Program-made: the position numbers and the translations under genes
The notes under the pieces: model-generated
The model's database searches: none
What the model saw: the letters and a program-made list of their open reading frames with translations, nothing else
What the model was told of the DNA's origin: nothing
Shown here: piece after piece, positions 58,661 to 64,000 of the stretch
Layout of the letters: each line of letters starts with the position of its first letter
Numbering within the stretch: position 1 is the stretch's first letter
IMG/VR virus record: IMGVR_UViG_3300028888_000067
Location: 64,638 to 128,637 of that record
Length of the DNA: 64,000 nucleotides
Reading direction: 5' to 3' (one strand)
Source: a virus
Lineage: Duplodnaviria; Caudoviricetes

Positions 58661-58675
58661 TTTTGTTATATTAAA
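58661..58675 (+). promoter_or_regulatory. TTTTGTTATATTAAA promoter-like motif
   Basis: Copy of the repeated motif; heads the gene run containing the radical SAM gene. Confidence 0.65.
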
Positions 58676-58698
58676 TTGTAACAATTAAAATTCTGAAT

Positions 58699-59163
58699 AT
58701 GGAAAAGACAAAATTTGAAAAACTTGTTGCAGATTACAAGGGAACAGACGAGCACGCGAAAGAAGCTGCTCACAAAGAACTAGTAAAGGCTGGCCAGGAC
58801 CTCATCAAAAAGTACGCCAAGATTGCCAAGAAATTTGGCGACATCGTGTGGCCTTTGAAACACTTCACTGAAAACAACGGCAAGCTGAAGCAGATACTTG
58901 GCATTGATGACGAAGGCATCTTGTTTGAAGGAGAATACAGAGATTATGACCATGAAACTGGCCATAAGGACGCGTGTGGTGTTTCTTATATAACTCTGCT
59001 TATGCGTTCATTCACCGATGAAGACTTGACAGTGTTCATTGAGGACTGCCGCAAGACCGCAATTGACGATCTCCAAGCAAAAATAAGTTCTTGTGAGAAG
59101 GAGATTGCTGACGCCAAAAAAGAAATCAAACGGATAGAAAAACTGAAAACCAACATCAGATAA
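58699..59163 (+). CDS. Hypothetical protein with C-terminal coiled coil
   Basis: 154-aa ORF. Confidence 0.7.
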   Translation: MEKTKFEKLVADYKGTDEHAKEAAHKELVKAGQDLIKKYAKIAKKFGDIVWPLKHFTENNGKLKQILGIDDEGILFEGEYRDYDHETGHKDACGVSYITLLMRSFTDEDLTVFIEDCRKTAIDDLQAKISSCEKEIADAKKEIKRIEKLKTNIR

Positions 59164-59164
59164 T

Positions 59165-59584
59165 ATGGAAAAAGAGAATATTTTTGACACTGCAGGCGCC
59201 ATAAAAGAAATGGTGTATGGTCCGACAAGAAAATGCGAAGTTCTTGCTCAAGGCACTTATCGTGGAATCGACTATCATGTCATCTCTTATGGCACGCATC
59301 CCTGCTCATATATCCGAGTGCCTGACGGGAACAAATTCTACGGGAAAGACTACGATGACATTCCGCTTGACTGCCATTGCGGACTGACTTTTAGCGCAAT
59401 GTTCCCGAACGTGAACGACAGCCACAATGACATGTTCTCAGATGGATTCTGGATTGGCTGGGACTACGCGCATTACTGTGATTATTCAGCGTATATTGGC
59501 GAAGGGACGCAATACACCATTGATGACTTGCTTCATGACATGCAGAACACAATTGACTCATTCATCGAAATTTCTAAACAATGA
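59165..59584 (+). CDS. Conserved phage protein (H.GLTF...WIGWD.AH.D)
   Basis: HPC.Y, CHCGLTFS, WIGWDYAHYCD. Confidence 0.75.
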   Translation: MEKENIFDTAGAIKEMVYGPTRKCEVLAQGTYRGIDYHVISYGTHPCSYIRVPDGNKFYGKDYDDIPLDCHCGLTFSAMFPNVNDSHNDMFSDGFWIGWDYAHYCDYSAYIGEGTQYTIDDLLHDMQNTIDSFIEISKQ

Positions 59585-60942
59585 AACTGATAGGAAAATA
59601 CAGAAACGGAAACTACAATGTGTCCATCTTTGACGATGGCACTAAAATCAGAGAGACTGAAGAAGATGAGTTCATTCCCGATTTCTCTGAAAACTGTGAT
59701 GTCAAACTGACTGACAAGTGTTCGATGGGTTGTCCCTGGTGTTATGAGGGCTGCACTTCTAACGGGCTTCATTCTAACATAGATTTAGAGTCCCCGTTCT
59801 TCAAAAGCTTGCATCCCTACACTGAACTCGCAATCAACGGCAATGACATGGACCATCCGCAGCTTGTCGATTTCTTGAAAGCTCTTGCTGAGAAAAAAGT
59901 GATTGCGAACATCACATTGAACCAGAAACAGTTTGAGAAGAACTTCGCATTCGTGAAGCAGCTTCAAGAGTCAGGGCTTGTCCACGGCATTGGTGTCTCA
60001 TTAGTGTCAGCTACAGACAGTCTCATCAAAATGATGAAAAGCATAGACAACTGTGTGCTGCACACGATTTGTGGAGTCTTGTCAAAAGAAGACATCGAGA
60101 TTCTCAAGGACAAGGGAATCAAGATTCTGATTCTTGGCTACAAGAACCTGAAGCGCGGCAAAGACTATATGGACGGGCACATGCATGACATCGCACTGAA
60201 CCGCATGTATCTCTACACTGTCCTTCCACTTATGACTGGCTGGTTTGATGTCGTGAGCTTTGACAACTTGGCTATAAAGCAGCTTGCAGTCAAAAGACTG
60301 CTTGATGAGAAAGAATGGGACGAGTTCTACATGGGTGACGATGGACAATACACATTCTATGTAGATTTAGTGAAGAATGAATACGCGATGAACTCTCTTG
60401 CAGAAGAACGGTTCCCAATGGGTGACAAAACAATCGATGAGATGTTCAATCATGTAAGGAATCTAAGCAAGCAGAGACGTGTGGTGCGGCATTCGTTGTT
60501 TGAGACCAATTCAAGTTCGATCCACAGTATAGTGTTTCCTGCTGGAAAATGTGAGCAGAAGCTGAAACCCGACAACCACGGTGTCATACGGTTCCCATGT
60601 GGTGACTTTTCTGACACAGGCATTGTCTATGGCTTGCATGACAAGTTGTCTTACTTGTGCTCATACATCGCATTGAACTATTATGACAGATACGAAACTG
60701 AAGAGCAAGTCGGACAGACTTTGTCTGCTCAGCAATGCTGGGAACTGGAAAACATTCTGGAAGCAATCCAGAAAGAATATCCTGATGTGTTAGAGCTAAA
60801 AGCGATATTCTGTGAGAATGCAGTGTTTGACCACCAGACACACCCGAGCTGCCGTGAGTGCATAGTCGACTTGTATGACATAGACCAGATTCACGATTTT
60901 TTGTTCAATGATGACATCAAGATAAAAATGGATAGAGACTAA
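59581..60942 (+). CDS. Radical SAM enzyme fused to a C-terminal FETNSSS-motif domain
   Basis: CSMGCPWCYE (CxxxCxxC); residues ~300-453 begin RRVVRHSLFETNSSSIH. Confidence 0.88.
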   Translation: MKLIGKYRNGNYNVSIFDDGTKIRETEEDEFIPDFSENCDVKLTDKCSMGCPWCYEGCTSNGLHSNIDLESPFFKSLHPYTELAINGNDMDHPQLVDFLKALAEKKVIANITLNQKQFEKNFAFVKQLQESGLVHGIGVSLVSATDSLIKMMKSIDNCVLHTICGVLSKEDIEILKDKGIKILILGYKNLKRGKDYMDGHMHDIALNRMYLYTVLPLMTGWFDVVSFDNLAIKQLAVKRLLDEKEWDEFYMGDDGQYTFYVDLVKNEYAMNSLAEERFPMGDKTIDEMFNHVRNLSKQRRVVRHSLFETNSSSIHSIVFPAGKCEQKLKPDNHGVIRFPCGDFSDTGIVYGLHDKLSYLCSYIALNYYDRYETEEQVGQTLSAQQCWELENILEAIQKEYPDVLELKAIFCENAVFDHQTHPSCRECIVDLYDIDQIHDFLFNDDIKIKMDRD

Positions 60943-60980
60943 CAATATATGTATAAAAATAAATTTTAAAACTAACAAAT

Positions 60981-61181
60981 ATGAATATTAAATGCTTATT
61001 AAGTTTGTTTTTCTCAATTATAGTAATCATCTGTTTAGTATTTAATGTCAAGTCAATTTTTGCTGCAATCAAAAGAGACAACAGTAATGGCATAGGACTT
61101 TCAATTTTCGCGGCTGTAATATGTGCATTTGCATTGGCTATCAATTTAAATGTTGTAATATCAGCAATCATAAGTGACTAA
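60981..61181 (+). CDS. Small two-TM membrane protein
   Basis: Two hydrophobic helices. Confidence 0.6.
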   Translation: MNIKCLLSLFFSIIVIICLVFNVKSIFAAIKRDNSNGIGLSIFAAVICAFALAINLNVVISAIISD

Positions 61182-61186
61182 ATATC

Positions 61187-61450
61187 ATGAACGAGAAAGA
61201 CGAATACATCTACGTGTTTATATGTGCCGAGTCCAACTACTTTGGCCAGACATTTAAATACAGCGCTACATATGCCATCGGCAAGGATGCCAATATGGAC
61301 AGCGTGATAGACCACGTTACCGAGGAGATGAACGAAAAATTTGAGGATTATCTTGATGGACTCAATCCGCTTCCTCGTGCAGGAATCACTTCTATGAATG
61401 AGATTTCTAAGGAACTGTATGATCGCCTTCATCAAGGGTACAAACAATAA
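61187..61450 (+). CDS. Hypothetical protein
   Basis: 87-aa ORF. Confidence 0.65.
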   Translation: MNEKDEYIYVFICAESNYFGQTFKYSATYAIGKDANMDSVIDHVTEEMNEKFEDYLDGLNPLPRAGITSMNEISKELYDRLHQGYKQ

Positions 61451-61466
61451 CAACAATTGAAATCAT

Positions 61467-62027
61467 ATGAAAAAGAAACTAAGACAATCTGTTTTTGAGA
61501 CAAACTCAAGTTCAACTCACTGTTTGAGTGTCAGGAACGCAGACGCATCTGACGCAATCAGACAATACATGCAAGAGAACGGCAAGACACTCAATGTAAA
61601 AGGCGACAGCTTTGGATGGGAGTTCGAGACATATGACACACCTGCCAAAAAGCTAAGTTATGTGTACACATTGGCGTGCTCATATAGCTGGGACGAATAT
61701 CTCACAATGAGAGAATTCATGAAAGAAACTTTGCGCAGTGTCGGGTTCGAACCAATCTTTGAAGAAATGAAAGAATACAAGTATTCTCCTGATGGCGACA
61801 GCTTTGTCGAACCCGTTCAGCGAGAAAGCTGGGATGTGTATATAGACCATTCTGAATGTCTTGAAGATTTTGCTGACAAGATTTTTTCTGACAAAGATTT
61901 GATGTTGAGTTTCATTTTCAACAAAGGATCATACATTCTGACTGGAAACGACAACGATGATCGTGAACTTGGCGGGCATAGTCCGGAAAAATATGAAGAT
62001 TCATTCACTTATTACAAAGGAAACTGA
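61467..62027 (+). CDS. FETNSSS-motif protein C (long type)
   Basis: MKKKLRQSVFETNSSSTH...KLSY...YIDH...TGNDN...YKGN. Confidence 0.8.
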   Translation: MKKKLRQSVFETNSSSTHCLSVRNADASDAIRQYMQENGKTLNVKGDSFGWEFETYDTPAKKLSYVYTLACSYSWDEYLTMREFMKETLRSVGFEPIFEEMKEYKYSPDGDSFVEPVQRESWDVYIDHSECLEDFADKIFSDKDLMLSFIFNKGSYILTGNDNDDRELGGHSPEKYEDSFTYYKGN

Positions 62028-62028
62028 T

Positions 62029-62427
62029 ATGAGAAAAATGTTGTTTTTATCAAGCTTTGTCTTGGCCAGTCTATTTTCAACTGCCCAGACAATAGAATGC
62101 AGTGGCACATATATGGTGATTGAGCCAAAATATGGCATATATGTGAAAGACTGCAATGTGTGCGTCAATGAGCAATATGCTGAAATTTATTTGTTTGACG
62201 AAGAAGTGGTTGTTCCAGTGTACGAGACAAAACACATGAATGTCAAAGATTTATGCGGCACAGTCTATTACATTGATGAGTCGTTGACATCATACATATA
62301 TTATGGAACATCTGAAGATACTGGTGCGTTTGTTGTCTCATTAGTAAACAATGATGGGAGATGGACATTTGTGAGATATATTAAAGTCAATCAAGATGAA
62401 AAAAGAAACATTTGTGAAACTAATTGA
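62029..62427 (+). CDS. Secreted/periplasmic protein
   Basis: ATG at 62029; signal MRKMLF...STA|Q. Confidence 0.65.
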   Translation: MRKMLFLSSFVLASLFSTAQTIECSGTYMVIEPKYGIYVKDCNVCVNEQYAEIYLFDEEVVVPVYETKHMNVKDLCGTVYYIDESLTSYIYYGTSEDTGAFVVSLVNNDGRWTFVRYIKVNQDEKRNICETN

Positions 62428-62719
62428 TTCTCTGCTAGATGCACAAATCCGCAGAGAAGAACTCAATGAACAGCTATGTTCAGCAGTCTCACGACGCAGC
62501 ACAAGCGGCGAGAGAATGGACTTGAGCGATTTGATTTATGACAGCACCATTGAAGACTCTATCATAGATGCGATTGGACTTGAGTTTGGTGAAAAAGCAA
62601 GAGACAGAGTCGCTCATTACATCTACGAAGAACACAATGTGTTTGACAGGAACACTGTCCACTATAATAGTGATAGAACAACTAGTGAATTATATGATGA
62701 GATACTTAGCCTGCAATAA
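62396..62719 (+). CDS. Hypothetical protein
   Basis: MKKETFVKLI...ELYD. Confidence 0.7.
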   Translation: MKKETFVKLIDSLLDAQIRREELNEQLCSAVSRRSTSGERMDLSDLIYDSTIEDSIIDAIGLEFGEKARDRVAHYIYEEHNVFDRNTVHYNSDRTTSELYDEILSLQ

Positions 62720-62745
62720 GCGTCTTGTTTTATTCTTATTTCTGT

Positions 62746-62776
62746 GGCAGAACACTTAAAATGTTCCGCCTTTTTT
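62746..62776 (+). terminator. Probable rho-independent terminator
   Basis: GGCAGAACA/TGTTCCGCC stem (1 mismatch) followed by T6. Confidence 0.55.
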
Positions 62777-62805
62777 ATTATTTTATTTTATAGTATAAAT
62801 GCCAT

Positions 62806-63504
62806 ATGAAACTATACCACAAGAAATATGCAGAATTTCCGGTAGAAATACCAGAAAACTCAATCATTTTGAGAGCAGACGATGACTATCAGCTGAAAAG
62901 TGTGTATCCAAACTATCCAGTACCATTTTGTCTGGAGGTAGATGGCATAAACAAGATAAACTGGAATGCTGACGGATATTTTGACTTCAGCAAGTCAATC
63001 ATAGACATCGGTGCAGATCTTGGCGAGTATTGCTGGCTAACGAATTTCACTCATGCATACGCGTTTGAGCCAAACAGGGAAAGTGTGTTCGCATTATGCG
63101 CAAATGCATTGCTGCACGATGCGGTGTACAAGATAACGATATATGAGAACTTTCTTTCTGACAGAGAAACAGAAATCCCGTTCAATGGCTTCAACACTTT
63201 GGATGTGAATGCGGACACACCTGTCGTGAGAACACGGACATTAGACAGTTTCAATTTGACTGCAAACATTGGCTGCATAAAGATTGATGTCGAAGAACAT
63301 GAATATGAAGTGATATGTGGAGCAAGAGAGACTATAAAAGCGAATGACTATCCGCCAATCATATTTGAGTGTTTCAAACCAGGCGTGTTTGGAATGACTC
63401 AAGAACGGTATGACAAAACACATAACATATTGGAAGAAATGGGATACACGATTCTCGAGTCTTGGATAGAGCCAAACACACATCTTGCGATTCACAATAA
63501 ATAA
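62806..63504 (+). CDS. FkbM-family SAM-dependent methyltransferase
   Basis: IDIGA..G, AFEPN, TLDSF, IKIDVE..E.EV..GA..TI, PII.E. Confidence 0.88.
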   Translation: MKLYHKKYAEFPVEIPENSIILRADDDYQLKSVYPNYPVPFCLEVDGINKINWNADGYFDFSKSIIDIGADLGEYCWLTNFTHAYAFEPNRESVFALCANALLHDAVYKITIYENFLSDRETEIPFNGFNTLDVNADTPVVRTRTLDSFNLTANIGCIKIDVEEHEYEVICGARETIKANDYPPIIFECFKPGVFGMTQERYDKTHNILEEMGYTILESWIEPNTHLAIHNK

Positions 63505-63531
63505 ATAACAGGTTTAAGATTTTGAAAATAA

Positions 63532-64000
63532 ATGATTACAAGCTTAAGTGAAGACCAGAAGTTTTTCGTCATAGAATCATGCACGCAAGATGAGTATGAC
63601 CAGCTGAAGACTGCTTACACTAAAAAGCCTGACGGGTACCGTTTCAACCCGATGTACAAGAAAGGCTTGTGGGATGGCAACATCACATTCATAAAGGGTG
63701 CGTATATTCCATCAGGCACTTGGTCGTATCTCGTTGATGTCAGCAAGATGTGCAACTGGCAAGAGCTGAAGTTGAACGGCATTGGAGACATGTTCGACAC
63801 TGGCATAACGGAAGAGTCATTCAGCAAATGGTGTGAAGACTTTTTCTCAGATCTTTCTTTCAAGCCAAGAGATTACCAGATTGAAGCTGCTTACAACATA
63901 TTGAAATACCGCAAATGTCTTTCTGAATTGGCTACATCTGCTGGGAAGACACTTATCTGCTTCATGGTGATAGCCTATCTGTTTGACCAGAAAAAAATAA
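63532..64000 (+). CDS. uvsW: UvsW-like SF2 helicase, 5' part (reaches right edge)
   Basis: Not in ORF track; manual translation GYRFNPMYKKGLWDG, PRDYQ, ATSAGKT. Confidence 0.85.
   Translation, partial: MITSLSEDQKFFVIESCTQDEYDQLKTAYTKKPDGYRFNPMYKKGLWDGNITFIKGAYIPSGTWSYLVDVSKMCNWQELKLNGIGDMFDTGITEESFSKWCEDFFSDLSFKPRDYQIEAAYNILKYRKCLSELATSAGKTLICFMVIAYLFDQKKI

Noticed and set aside
1-64000. Stop-codon reassignment (code 15) as in Lak megaphages
   Set aside because: Long genes are intact under code 11, and TAG ends genes cleanly (28464, 37668, 52173, 55163) with the next gene or a convergent stop immediately after.
1-64000. tRNA or rRNA genes
   Set aside because: No cloverleaf or T-loop signature was recognised in the short intergenic gaps; tRNAscan was not run.

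Overview
This window is a 64 kb segment of a very large T4-like (jumbo-type) myophage genome in genetic code 11, probably infecting Bacteroidetes. The host inference rests on the lack of Shine-Dalgarno motifs, AT-rich leaders, Q-rule signal peptides and a Bacteroidales-like nucleotide-sugar dehydrogenase. Replication and recombination genes include uvsX, a gp41-type helicase N-half, gp47, uvsW, an ATP-dependent ligase and two exonucleases. The window also holds a sigma70-family factor, nucleotide metabolism genes (thyX, an NDT-like protein, IMPDH/GuaC), several large putative virion proteins, a glycan-synthesis locus and many small hypothetical genes. Main observations: (1) four copies of an R..FETNSSS(T/I)H motif, one fused in frame to a radical SAM enzyme, which suggests an uncharacterised enzyme/substrate system; (2) seven genes sharing a ~25-aa N-terminal leader (T4 capsid-targeting-like F(I/V)(S/A)E plus R(M/V)KxxPVTN(A/V)E) grafted onto unrelated cargo domains, mostly behind late-type promoters; (3) a helicase gene that ends in a 34-aa split-intein N-fragment at the Walker A motif; (4) two promoter classes visible directly in the DNA. 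All product calls come from motif recognition by eye; no database searches were run.
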